Virus record (IMG/VR): IMGVR_UViG_3300027969_000043
Span: 1-64,000 of that record
Length of the DNA stretch: 64,000 bases
DNA from: a virus
Direction: 5' to 3' (one strand)
The notes under the pieces are model-generated. The model ran no database searches. It worked only from the letters and a program-made list of their open reading frames with translations, and was not told the DNA's origin. Made by a program: the position numbers and the translations under genes. The number at the start of each line of letters is the position of its first letter. Position 1 is the first letter of the stretch. Shown piece after piece: positions 47,308-57,370 of the stretch.

Positions 47308-48356
47308 ATTGTATTACCGATTAATTGAAATTTACCTGTTGCTAAATTTGATTTATATACTCTTATACTAACAGTGCTATTGGCACTTATTGCTATTGGT
47401 GACGTTAATGTCAATCCATCAAACACACCAACACCATTAACTGATATTACAATCCTGCTAATATCCTCAACATTTATTAGTTGGTTAAAACTAATAGCAT
47501 ATTGCGCATTAAATGAAAACCTAGGTTCAGACCTTGGTTTAAATACAAACGTATACGTCGCGGTATTCCCCTTTACAATAGGGTCAAATATAACATTATG
47601 AAATGTTTTATTTTCATCCAACTCAATTAGTGTATACACCCTATTAATAGTTGGGATAACCTCAAAATCATTTTCGTCTAAAATATATCCAAGTAATGTC
47701 ATATCAAATAATTGAACATAAAATCTTGCATTTTCAAAATCATCAATATCACTCTCGTCACTAATACCCTCTAAATGAACGGGCATTGGATGCCCTTTAA
47801 CATTAATGTATGCTTGTCTAGATTGAAATGTTCTTTGAACCAACGAATTTAATTTATTTAAATCCTTCATTCTATTTGTAAAAATCCTAATCTCGTAACT
47901 AATATCAACAGATGTCGGTTGCGGTACCTTATATACATCAACACCCTTTCTAGCTCCATCCCAAGTTGGAACTTTCATGTATGTGTAGGTTCTATTTCCT
48001 GGAATATTGTAATTACCTGCTTGGTTTTGACCTACTTGAGCATCTGGTTTTCTAACAATTGTAATAAAAGGTAATTGTATATCGTTATACTTATCACTAA
48101 ATTGCCATGTTTTTGTAAATTCAGACCATCTTTGTATTGTTAAAAATAATACAGGCACCTTTCCATCATCAACAGTAATACCTAATTCATTTTTAACAAA
48201 ATCAACAAATGTTTCATCCATATCTTCTTCAGAAACACCTCTTGGTAAAAAAGTACCGTGGTCTGCAATATCGTCAAGAATTTCTTGTCTTCTTTCTGGG
48301 CCAATCTTACCTGGATTAATATTTATGTTATTTCTAAAGCCTTTTGGAACTGCCAT
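47304..48356 (-). CDS. Tail terminator / sheath stabiliser (T4 gp15-like) with a C-terminal extension
   Basis: LPFITIVRK, VPQPTSVDISYEIRIFT..MKDLNKL and F..TLLGYI. Lies next to the neck gene. Confidence 0.6.
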   Translation of the reverse strand: MAVPKGFRNNININPGKIGPERRQEILDDIADHGTFLPRGVSEEDMDETFVDFVKNELGITVDDGKVPVLFLTIQRWSEFTKTWQFSDKYNDIQLPFITIVRKPDAQVGQNQAGNYNIPGNRTYTYMKVPTWDGARKGVDVYKVPQPTSVDISYEIRIFTNRMKDLNKLNSLVQRTFQSRQAYINVKGHPMPVHLEGISDESDIDDFENARFYVQLFDMTLLGYILDENDFEVIPTINRVYTLIELDENKTFHNVIFDPIVKGNTATYTFVFKPRSEPRFSFNAQYAISFNQLINVEDISRIVISVNGVGVFDGLTLTSPIAISANSTVSIRVYKSNLATGKFQLIGNTI

Positions 48357-48381
48357 TTTTTTATTTTTAATTTAATTTTTA

Positions 48382-48903
48382 TTACAAAGCGCGAAACTCT
48401 GAAGAATCCACAGGTGCACAAAGAATTGTTCTAAATGCACCCTTCCACCCCATTATTGTATGCGCGTTATCAAAATTCTTTTTTCCATCATTTGATACAC
48501 TAAAATATATTATACTTGTTTCAGTTACTGGATATCCGATATAATCACCATAAAGAATATCAATTTTTTGTTCGGTAAGCTGAGCATCATAAATACCGAA
48601 TGTTAATGGTCCATCTAGTAAATATCTAGCCGAACCATTTGGGTTATAGGTTCTATTTTCTGGTTCCGCCATTATTGGTATTACCTTAAGCTCAATTGGT
48701 GGTAAAAATCTAATACCATCTTTGGTTGCTTCGGTATACAAATCATCATACTGAGTCATCTCTCTATCAACTCTATAAAGAATAACGGTAAAATTACCAT
48801 CACCTTCAATAGCTTCTCTACTCATACTAACTTCTAGTTCAAAATCTTCACCAGAAAAAAACTTGTTTATTCGCGTTATTGGTGTTATTTTAGAGTTTAC
48901 CAT
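48382..48903 (-). CDS. Neck / head-closure protein (T4 gp14-like)
   Basis: VILYRVD....DDLY.E....F.PP and GDYI motifs, plus structural context. Confidence 0.55.
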   Translation of the reverse strand: MVNSKITPITRINKFFSGEDFELEVSMSREAIEGDGNFTVILYRVDREMTQYDDLYTEATKDGIRFLPPIELKVIPIMAEPENRTYNPNGSARYLLDGPLTFGIYDAQLTEQKIDILYGDYIGYPVTETSIIYFSVSNDGKKNFDNAHTIMGWKGAFRTILCAPVDSSEFRAL

Positions 48904-48950
48904 ATCTTTTATTCATAAATATTTAGATTAGGTTAAATATTCTTAAGTAC

Positions 48951-48980
48951 TTGATTTTATTTGATATTTTATTATATTAG
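48951..48980 (+). promoter_or_regulatory. Bacteroidota-type promoter for the SNF2 helicase (one mismatch)
   Basis: TTG (48951-53)-N19-TATATTAG (48973-80). Confidence 0.5.
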
Positions 48981-49012
48981 TAATATAATATTTATATTAA
49001 AATACAGTCAAA

Positions 49013-50860
49013 TTGATTAATTTAGACGATATCAAGGGTCATTCAGCACTTAACTTATTGGAAGAATATTCTGGTATAAATCCGTATATTCGCAAAATGA
49101 AAAAGGAATATTTAAAAAATAAAAAAATTACATTAACGGAAACGCAAATAAAATACATTATTGACAACCATCAAAAGGAACCTATACCGATAAATAAAGT
49201 TGTAAATATCACACCTTTCTTAGGTGAAGAACTACAAAAAAAAGAAGAACTATCTTTTTTACCTGAAAGAGTATTGATTGAATATATTTTAGCAGAAAAC
49301 GAAAAAACATTTCACATATATGGTAAGCTAAAAAGAAACCAAACAGAATCAAAAATGTATTGGTTACCAAAAACACAAGTTTTAGACGACCCATATTATG
49401 AAAAAATAGATATAGATGTAAATTTTGATAAATATAATGACGTTTTAAAGAAAACAGGAAAACAATTATACAAACATCAAGAAGAAGGTATAAAATTTTT
49501 ATTATCTAGAAACGGTAGTATCCTAGCTGACGATATGGGATTGGGCAAGTCAATACAATCAATCATTGCAGCGCTAGAAAGCGGTGCTAAAAACATACTT
49601 GTTGTTTGCCCCTCAGCTGTTAAAATAAATTGGAAACGAGAAATAAATGTATTTTGTGACGACGTCGCTATCGTTGAGGGTAGAAAATGGCAAAACGCAA
49701 AATTTACTATCATTAATTATGACATCCTTAAAAACTTTCATACACTAGGTGACGGTAAAAAGAAAAAAGATACCGACCCAGTATTAGAATATAATAGACA
49801 CATAGTAAATGCAAAGTTTGACCTTGTTATTGTAGATGAAGCACATTACTTAAAAAACAATAAAAGCATTCGTGGTGAAATAATGGTCGACTTGGTTGTT
49901 AACCATAATATTGAAAGAGTTTGGTTATTAACAGGAACACCTGTGGCCAATAGACCAATGGACTTCTTTAACTTATTAAAGATAATTAAATCACCAATAG
50001 CGGATAATTGGCAATATTTTGCAACCAGATATTGCGATGCAAGAAAATTCTTTAGAACATTAAAAAACGGACAAAGAAAACAAATATGGTTAACAGACGG
50101 AGCATCAAACCTAGACGAATTAGCAGCAAAAACAAAAAATTTAATACTTAGAAGATTGAAAGAGAATGTGTTAGATATGCCAGATAAAGTTATTACACCT
50201 ATGTACCATCAATTATCCGATAAAGGTTGGGACGAGTACGATAGACTTTGGGAAGATTATTTAGATAAAAGAAAAGCTGAAAAGAAAAAAGGTTCAATAC
50301 AAAGAGATTTGGTTGAACTAATTCTTTTAAGAAAGTTTATTGCTATTGAAGCCATCCCACAAACTATCGAGATGGTTGAAAACATATTAGAAACAGGTAA
50401 AAAAGTTATTATATTTACTAGTTTTACCGACGAACTAAATGAACTGGCTGAACATTTTGGTAAATTATGCGTAACACATAATGGGCCCATGAATGATAAA
50501 CAAAAACAACGTTCGGTTGATGATTTTCAAAACAATGATAAAATTAAAGTATTTATTGGTAATATAAAATCGGCTGGTGTTGGTATCACATTAACAAAAG
50601 CTAATTTTGTTGTCTTTAATTCATTTGATTGGGTGCCAGGCAGCAACGAACAAGCCGAAGACAGAGCATATAGAATTGGACAAAATAATAACGTAAATGT
50701 TTACTATCAATTATTTGAAGATACAATATCAACTAGAATGTGGGAAACACTTAGAACAAAAAAAGATATCATATCTACAATCATAGGTGATAATCAATTA
50801 TCTGAAGAAGAAATAATTGAAATAATGACAAATAAATTAATCGATGAAGACAATGGTTAG
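49013..50860 (+). CDS. SNF2-family helicase (SMARCAL1/HARP-like)
   Basis: LYKHQ, ADDMGLGKS, VVCP, DEAH, LTGTP, GVGITLT and QAEDRAYRIGQ motifs. Confidence 0.92.
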   Translation: MINLDDIKGHSALNLLEEYSGINPYIRKMKKEYLKNKKITLTETQIKYIIDNHQKEPIPINKVVNITPFLGEELQKKEELSFLPERVLIEYILAENEKTFHIYGKLKRNQTESKMYWLPKTQVLDDPYYEKIDIDVNFDKYNDVLKKTGKQLYKHQEEGIKFLLSRNGSILADDMGLGKSIQSIIAALESGAKNILVVCPSAVKINWKREINVFCDDVAIVEGRKWQNAKFTIINYDILKNFHTLGDGKKKKDTDPVLEYNRHIVNAKFDLVIVDEAHYLKNNKSIRGEIMVDLVVNHNIERVWLLTGTPVANRPMDFFNLLKIIKSPIADNWQYFATRYCDARKFFRTLKNGQRKQIWLTDGASNLDELAAKTKNLILRRLKENVLDMPDKVITPMYHQLSDKGWDEYDRLWEDYLDKRKAEKKKGSIQRDLVELILLRKFIAIEAIPQTIEMVENILETGKKVIIFTSFTDELNELAEHFGKLCVTHNGPMNDKQKQRSVDDFQNNDKIKVFIGNIKSAGVGITLTKANFVVFNSFDWVPGSNEQAEDRAYRIGQNNNVNVYYQLFEDTISTRMWETLRTKKDIISTIIGDNQLSEEEIIEIMTNKLIDEDNG

Positions 50861-51107
50861 ATTATATACTGTTGAAAACTGCCCATATTGTGCAGAACTA
50901 AAAGAAATTTTTATAAATGAAGGTGTTGAATTTGTTGAGGTTGATGTTAACAAACCAGAAAACGAACCTGAATTTAATAAGCTATATGAAGTAGCAAAAT
51001 GTGATGATGTACCAATGGTTAAAATTGGTCCACAAATTCTTATCCCACATACTAGTTTCAGGTCAATTCGAGAAGCTGCCGATTTAACTAAGAAGTTTTT
51101 AGTTTAA
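50844..51107 (+). CDS. Glutaredoxin (NrdH/Grx-like)
   Basis: CPYC active site and VP cis-Pro motif. The true start may be 50853 (MVRLYT). Confidence 0.85.
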   Translation: MKTMVRLYTVENCPYCAELKEIFINEGVEFVEVDVNKPENEPEFNKLYEVAKCDDVPMVKIGPQILIPHTSFRSIREAADLTKKFLV

Positions 51108-51121
51108 TTCGTTATTTTCAA

Positions 51122-51130
51122 ATATTTATA
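51122..51130 (+). promoter_or_regulatory. Phage promoter-like motif ATATTTATA, plus-strand instance
   Basis: 14 nt upstream of the neck gene ATG. Shows that the motif follows gene orientation. Confidence 0.65.
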
Positions 51131-51144
51131 AGAAAATAACAAAT

Positions 51145-52293
51145 ATGTCAGTTAGCTCAGAAGACCGTGAAAGATTATTCACACAATTTAGACATTCAGT
51201 TGGCGCACCTATTCGTCAAATAGAAATGACAGACGACCAACTGTGTACCTTATTGGACATAGCCGTAGAGGATTATGCCCAATATGTTCAAGAATGGCTC
51301 GTAGAACATCAATGGTTATCAATACTTGGTAAAAACATCGATACAATCGATATGGCATTTGCTCTTAGCGTTAGGTCATTTGATTTTGTAACACAATATA
51401 CATACGCGTACTCAAAACAAGTTGGACTACAAGCAGCTGGTCCATGGGAATTAAAAAAGGATTATGTTGAACTTGAAGAAGGTAGACAAGTATATCAAAT
51501 TCCTGCAAACAGAGAAATAAACGAAGTTCTTTGGTTAACACCAACAGCCATTAGCCAAGCACTATTAGCAAACTATGGTGGTATTGACTACGGTTTTGGT
51601 GGTGGTTTTGCACAAATGGGTGGAGGATACGGCACAGCTGGTACAGGTACTGGTGGCGGTAGAAGCGGATACTATATATCCCCAGCTTTTGATATATTAT
51701 TAACAGCTTCGGATATGAATCTTAAAAATAGAATTGTAAGAAGCGAATTAGTATATAAAATAACCGCTGGCCCTAATGGTACAAAATTATTACATCTCCT
51801 AAGTACACCTGGCTCAAGACTATCATTTGGTCAAGGTATTGGTGGTGTCGGAAACTCAATTAACTTATCTGGTTGTCAAGTATGGTATCACTATTATGAT
51901 ACAGATGGCGCAAACGTAGACGAATGCAGAAGAGACAATCCAGATATCATTAAATTACCAAACGAAGTACCACTTTCAAAATTAGATTATTCAACATTTA
52001 ACGAACCAACTAAAACTCTTATCAGACAATTATTTATTGCTGAAGCAAAGAGAGCGCTAGGTAGAGTAAGAGGTAAGTTTGGCGGTATTGTAGGTCCACC
52101 AGAGGCAGAAAGAACAATGGACTATGAAACACTTATTAGTGAAGGTAACGACGAAAGAAAGGCTGTTTTAGAAAGGCTGGACGCAAGACTTGATAGACTT
52201 TCATCTACAAAACAACTTGAAAGAGCTGCAAATGAGTCAGAGTTTTTAAATAAACAATTAAAATATAGACCACTAGGTTTCTGGGTGTATTAA
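51145..52293 (+). CDS. Neck / head-tail adaptor protein (T4 gp13-like)
   Basis: GAPIRQIEMTDDQL...A N-terminus and AKRALGRVRGKFGG..GP....MDYETLISEG C-terminus. Confidence 0.72.
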   Translation: MSVSSEDRERLFTQFRHSVGAPIRQIEMTDDQLCTLLDIAVEDYAQYVQEWLVEHQWLSILGKNIDTIDMAFALSVRSFDFVTQYTYAYSKQVGLQAAGPWELKKDYVELEEGRQVYQIPANREINEVLWLTPTAISQALLANYGGIDYGFGGGFAQMGGGYGTAGTGTGGGRSGYYISPAFDILLTASDMNLKNRIVRSELVYKITAGPNGTKLLHLLSTPGSRLSFGQGIGGVGNSINLSGCQVWYHYYDTDGANVDECRRDNPDIIKLPNEVPLSKLDYSTFNEPTKTLIRQLFIAEAKRALGRVRGKFGGIVGPPEAERTMDYETLISEGNDERKAVLERLDARLDRLSSTKQLERAANESEFLNKQLKYRPLGFWVY

Positions 52294-52299
52294 AATATT

Positions 52300-52326
52300 A
52301 ATGGGAGGCAATGCCTCCCATTTTTT
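52300..52326. terminator. Terminator between the convergent neck and polymerase genes
   Basis: AATGGGAGGCA-a-TGCCTCCCATT followed by TTTT. Confidence 0.75.
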
Positions 52327-52327
52327 A

Positions 52328-55300
52328 TTAAAAGTTCCATTCATCATCTTCTATTTCATCTCTTTCTGTTTTTAGGCTTTCCATCAGCACTTTAACATAA
52401 TCAACCTCAGCAGCTGGCTCGGTATCAGGTGTAAAACTTTTCGTTTCGATTTCAAAATGAATCCTTTCAAGTTCTGGAATAAATTCATCTGTAACATCTA
52501 ATTCTTCGGTATCGTCTTCTTCGTCTTCTTCGTCACCATCATCATCCTCTTCAGTTTCTTTCTTTTGTTTAACGGGTTTTAATTTTAACTGTGTTTCAAT
52601 CGGTGCTATATTTTCTTTTAATGAAAGGATATCTTCACTAGACAATTGTTCGCCACCCAAACCTATTTCTATCGATTGCTCCGATTTGTATTCCAACCAT
52701 AATTCGTATCTATTATCAGAATGTTTGTTGGTGTTTTTATACCAATAACTTCTTTCAATCGCCTCATTCTCATATTTAAACATTTCATTAACATGGTATA
52801 ATTGAGCACCCCATTTTCTAGAAATAAAATATCCACCCTCATTAACCGTTGCGATGATTAATATCTCTTTTGGTAGAATTAACTTTTCGGAAACATCATC
52901 TAATTCATTAATTTCCATTTGTTTAAAGATACTATCTAATCTATCTAATTCAAACTTAATACCATTTTCTCTTTCAATAATCATTCTTTGACGATAGTCA
53001 TCTCTAGTTGCGTACCAATCATTTTCATCCATATTATTTGGTACTTTATTAACAGAATCCCAGAATCTTATTTCTTTATCTTCCATTGTCATAAGTTCTT
53101 CGTAGGTATCTTGGTCTGTTGGTTTATTTGGCATACCTGATACAAGCGTACATTGCTCTTCCGTGAATATATTTTTATCTGTTAACTTTTCAAGTTTAGT
53201 TTTCTTATCCTTTTTAATTGTCAATAATATCCTATCTCTAATATCAGAATGAAAACAAACTAATAGTGGTTTAACTTTTTTATTAAATGATTCCAAATAT
53301 TTTGCAACATTATAATCATCAGTTAACAATCCAGATTCAATCTGTTCAATTTGTGAATTGATTTCGTTTATTTTATCTTCATCAGCAACACCTACCAATA
53401 ACTTTTTAAGTGTTTCAATCTCTTTAATCATTTCTAGGTTTGAATCAACAACTAATGTGTCAATTAATTGACAATTGATTTGTATTTCCGTTTCAAACTT
53501 AGGGTAATGACCATTAGCATTAAAATACGTTTCCAATTCTTTTTTTGTCATCTTAGACTTATTCAAAGTCTTTATATCACCCTGCGTTTTACCCTTACCT
53601 GTATTAACATAATAAATTGTATCACCAAGATTAACATTTAAATCATGTTTAAGTGCCAATTCCATGTGCGCCTGTTTAGGCATTGGATTGCCAGCTTTAT
53701 TTTTCTTATTCGCTTTAGCCTTATATTCAGAAATAGAACATTTAACTTTTGATTTAGATGCAATTTTAACTAGCGGTATGTTGAAGTTATAAATCTTATC
53801 TACATAGTCATGATAATGGGTGATGAATTCCTTACCCTTACCATCAAGCAATAACCTAATCGCCTTATCTAAAAAATCTTCGATATATACAGGCATCTTT
53901 TTAGACTTGATAGAGTTACCAACAAACTTAATTTTACCACCTATATCATTTGCGTAGTTCTTTCTAGAAAAGTTAATCGTTGAATTACAAATATCATCAA
54001 TATCTAAACCCATCCTACCAATCATATAATTTTCATTAAACTCGGCCAACACTGCCTCTAACCCAACTAATTCAACACCAGCATTTTTTTCTGTTTTCCA
54101 ATGTGAGCCCCTAGCTAAATATTTAATATCATTAATATTATCAGGGAACGAAAAGTTGAAACCATCCGTATCACCAACAAGCGCTTTAAAACCATATTTC
54201 TCACTAAAATGCCTAACCATCAATCTAAGATACTGACGACCACGACAAGTAGTTTCTTCTGCACAGTTTGTATCACCCCAGTTAAAAATATACGGGGCAC
54301 CATAAGCACCGAACCAAGAGTTAGCTAATATCTTTAACGGCAATTGTTTTTTGTCATAAAGACCAGCCAAAGCTTTGTGTTTTTTGATTTCTTTTGTATG
54401 GTTTTCCAAACCATCACCGAGAGTGTTTTCAATAAGTTTTCGAAGCCCTTTAACAATATCTTTTTCTTCTGACGTAAGAAATTTAAACTTATCACGGGTA
54501 TCAACAATGTATGTTAACAACCCTTCCATAACACCACTAATATCTAAATCTGGAAAAATACCCCATGTTATCTCTGTTTTAGGATAAAGAGCAGCATAAT
54601 CAAGTTTAACAACATTCCTAGCATAACCCACTTCAAGCAACCTAGAAAGACCACCAGTAAATTCTCTTTTTGGTTCAGTCTCTGGAATTGCCAATTCATT
54701 TTCATATGACCAAGCGGCCATGATTAATTTCCACTGACTAGCGGTACCCATAGTAGAACTTCTACTATATGTTGTTGGTAACAGTTTAGAAATCAAAAAT
54801 GCGGCCTGATTAAATATATTATCAATCTGCTCCGTTTCCCAAAGGTCATCTAATAGATATCTCTTAACAATATAATCACCACCAACCTCTTCATACCCTT
54901 CTTTTAACGGCATTCTATCTGATATCTTGTAATAATCTCCGTTGGTATCGTTTAATGCGTATTTGCTTTCTTTGTCAGACCATGTTGAATGTATTTTATC
55001 ACCAGCGACGTATACCCGATTTGGTTTTGCAACATCAGAATATTTTGTGATGTACTTTAACCCCCAACTTTTAATATCTGAATTAATAGCCTGTGCTCTA
55101 CGAACAGAGTGAGCAATATCGATGATATTATAACCCCACATGTACGTTTGTTCAAAAGTCTCTTGCTCATTACCTAGCTTAAGCATTGCAGGTTTTCTTT
55201 TCAGTGGGGTTTCCCCGTCCAGCGTTATCGCAATATCATTTGCCGATATATACAATCTTTTGCAGGTATCAATAATAAATTTCCAGTCAAAAGACTCTGA

Positions 55301-56020
55301 GTTATAACCACTAATGATGTCGGGTTTAAGATGATTAATAACTTTAAAAAAAGTTTTTAAATTTTTTCTTTCTGAATCTCTTCTTTCTTTATGTGTATCA
55401 CCAGTTGTTTCTAACACGTATTCAAAACCCCTATTGTCTTTCATTCCTATTTGGAATATTGCATTTTTAGAACCCAACAACCCCTCTGTCTCCAAGTCAA
55501 ATTGAAAACGATGTAGGTCATTATAATCTTCCATACCCTTAAACAACCTAATACCTGATTGAATCATAAATTGTTCAACAGGTGAGAACATGAAAAATAG
55601 TTTTGAATATTTTTTATCAAAAACATCAATACCACCCTCCTTAAAAAATTGTATTAAATTATTATAAGACCCCTTACATTGAGCAATGTATTTATATCCG
55701 TTTTCTAATCTTTGGGGTACATCACCATTATCGTGGTGTGTTCTAAGGGCTTTTATCTTGATATTGTGCTTTTCTCTAGCCGCGATAATTTTACTTCTCT
55801 TGCCCTCATACATTATTTCCGTAACATCATGTTTAAACCATAAAAACGGTTGGAACTTATGTTTCTCTATTTTTTTACCCTCATCAGGGTCGTTTATAAT
55901 AAGGTGTACAAATGGCTGATTGTAACTAGCTTCGATACTTACAACGTATTTTTTAGGGTTACTACCATGTAAAAAATTCTCAATAACTTCAGGGTCTACC
56001 TTCTTTTTATTATCACTCAT
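52328..56020 (-). CDS. polB: Family B DNA polymerase with 3'-5' exonuclease
   Basis: Exonuclease motifs FDLETEG, YNSESFDW and YLLDD. Polymerase motifs DYAALYP, KILANSWFG, GDTDG and KNYA. No intein seen. Confidence 0.93.
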   Translation of the reverse strand: MSDNKKKVDPEVIENFLHGSNPKKYVVSIEASYNQPFVHLIINDPDEGKKIEKHKFQPFLWFKHDVTEIMYEGKRSKIIAAREKHNIKIKALRTHHDNGDVPQRLENGYKYIAQCKGSYNNLIQFFKEGGIDVFDKKYSKLFFMFSPVEQFMIQSGIRLFKGMEDYNDLHRFQFDLETEGLLGSKNAIFQIGMKDNRGFEYVLETTGDTHKERRDSERKNLKTFFKVINHLKPDIISGYNSESFDWKFIIDTCKRLYISANDIAITLDGETPLKRKPAMLKLGNEQETFEQTYMWGYNIIDIAHSVRRAQAINSDIKSWGLKYITKYSDVAKPNRVYVAGDKIHSTWSDKESKYALNDTNGDYYKISDRMPLKEGYEEVGGDYIVKRYLLDDLWETEQIDNIFNQAAFLISKLLPTTYSRSSTMGTASQWKLIMAAWSYENELAIPETEPKREFTGGLSRLLEVGYARNVVKLDYAALYPKTEITWGIFPDLDISGVMEGLLTYIVDTRDKFKFLTSEEKDIVKGLRKLIENTLGDGLENHTKEIKKHKALAGLYDKKQLPLKILANSWFGAYGAPYIFNWGDTNCAEETTCRGRQYLRLMVRHFSEKYGFKALVGDTDGFNFSFPDNINDIKYLARGSHWKTEKNAGVELVGLEAVLAEFNENYMIGRMGLDIDDICNSTINFSRKNYANDIGGKIKFVGNSIKSKKMPVYIEDFLDKAIRLLLDGKGKEFITHYHDYVDKIYNFNIPLVKIASKSKVKCSISEYKAKANKKNKAGNPMPKQAHMELALKHDLNVNLGDTIYYVNTGKGKTQGDIKTLNKSKMTKKELETYFNANGHYPKFETEIQINCQLIDTLVVDSNLEMIKEIETLKKLLVGVADEDKINEINSQIEQIESGLLTDDYNVAKYLESFNKKVKPLLVCFHSDIRDRILLTIKKDKKTKLEKLTDKNIFTEEQCTLVSGMPNKPTDQDTYEELMTMEDKEIRFWDSVNKVPNNMDENDWYATRDDYRQRMIIERENGIKFELDRLDSIFKQMEINELDDVSEKLILPKEILIIATVNEGGYFISRKWGAQLYHVNEMFKYENEAIERSYWYKNTNKHSDNRYELWLEYKSEQSIEIGLGGEQLSSEDILSLKENIAPIETQLKLKPVKQKKETEEDDDGDEEDEEDDTEELDVTDEFIPELERIHFEIETKSFTPDTEPAAEVDYVKVLMESLKTERDEIEDDEWNF

Positions 56021-56035
56021 TATAAAATATTTTTA

Positions 56036-56067
56036 CAAATATACAAAGGATATTACACCAAAACAAA
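56036..56067 (-). promoter_or_regulatory. Bacteroidota-type promoter for polB
   Basis: Minus strand TTTG-N20-TATATTTG. A second copy lies at 56141-56110. Confidence 0.65.
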
Positions 56068-56078
56068 TTATTTGGGAT

Positions 56079-56109
56079 AAAAAAATTTGAGCCCTTATGT
56101 AGGGCTCAA
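56079..56109 (-). terminator. Intrinsic terminator after the ArdC-like gene
   Basis: TTGAGCCCT-tatgt-AGGGCTCAA stem followed by a T-tract on the minus strand. Confidence 0.75.
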
Positions 56110-56128
56110 CAAATATACGAAATATTTT

Positions 56129-57370
56129 TTAAAGATACAAATCAAATCCCTCGTCAACATCATTTTTTTCGGATGAATTTTGTGCGGCAACTTTATCAAT
56201 TTCATCGATGATAAATTTAGCAACATCAGAAATAACTTTTATGTTTGCTAAAATTTTTTCTTTATTAGCTTTCCATAACGCTAGGTATGTTGTTTGATGA
56301 GTAACTGGCAATCCATAATGTTTCATTACAATATATGCAACACTTTCTGCTTGTAATTCTTTAATTGCACTATCATATTTAACCTCATCACCTTGATAGT
56401 ATATTGATGATTTTTTCCAATGCATTAATTCGTGTGCTAATTCATGTATAAGTGTTGACACTTCACCAGCACCCTCAACTTCAGATGACATATTAATATG
56501 ATTACCAGCGGAATAACCTTTCTCACCAGCTTTTGCATCACCCTTAGTTAATTTAACCCCCATAACATCAAGAATTTCTGATAAGTATTTATATAATTCT
56601 TTTGTTCTTTCGGTTGGTTCACTATCTTGAAACCATTTTGGTGTTTCAGGAACATCACCTCTTTCGTCAATTGCCTCTGTATCAGAAATATCAAATACGT
56701 ATACAGGCATAAACCTAACTGGCATACCCTTTTTAACTTCGTTATCTAATTGTGTATCATTAACTTGGGTATCATCTTTTGCTGTTTTTGACATAACAGG
56801 TGCAAATATCATAATTCCTTTTGCACCTTTTTTAACCCTTCTAAATTTCTTTTCCCATTGTCTAAAACCAGCAACTTTTTTTGCGTCTGGTTTTTGAATC
56901 CATATAAGTAATGTGTTATAAAAACTATGACCTCTAAACCCAGCAAAAAATGTAAGATATCTTTTAATCTCAGCGGTCATTGCTTTTTCATCGGTGGCAT
57001 TTGCTAAATCTTGAACATACATGTTGATTTTATCCATAAGATTTCCCTTACCTTTAAAATCTTCTGAATTAGAAACAAATTCTTCTAAGTTTTCAAGTTT
57101 ATCAATAAATTCACCTGACTTATTAATATCAGACAAAACTTTTTTAGCGTTTTCAAAATTATCCATATCTGTCACCCAAACTGGTGCGGGATAATTAGCA
57201 CTTGGGCCCCATTTAAAACCAGAAGCTTTAAGTGTTTCTTTATTTCTAAATGTTTCTTGTGATGCTTTTTTTGCGTCAACCTCATTTGATTGAACAACCA
57301 GCATATTTTTATCTTTATCAGCCTTAAGTATCAATGCTTCATCAAGCATTTTTTTTATTAAATCTATCAT
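56129..57370 (-). CDS. ArdC-like ssDNA-binding protein with a zincin (HExxH) metallopeptidase domain
   Basis: HSFYNTLLIW.Q....VAGFRQW....RRVKKGAKGI.I.AP...VFDISDT (ArdC N domain). HELAHELMH...ELQAESVAY (MPTase-like). Confidence 0.8.
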   Translation of the reverse strand: MIDLIKKMLDEALILKADKDKNMLVVQSNEVDAKKASQETFRNKETLKASGFKWGPSANYPAPVWVTDMDNFENAKKVLSDINKSGEFIDKLENLEEFVSNSEDFKGKGNLMDKINMYVQDLANATDEKAMTAEIKRYLTFFAGFRGHSFYNTLLIWIQKPDAKKVAGFRQWEKKFRRVKKGAKGIMIFAPVMSKTAKDDTQVNDTQLDNEVKKGMPVRFMPVYVFDISDTEAIDERGDVPETPKWFQDSEPTERTKELYKYLSEILDVMGVKLTKGDAKAGEKGYSAGNHINMSSEVEGAGEVSTLIHELAHELMHWKKSSIYYQGDEVKYDSAIKELQAESVAYIVMKHYGLPVTHQTTYLALWKANKEKILANIKVISDVAKFIIDEIDKVAAQNSSEKNDVDEGFDLYL

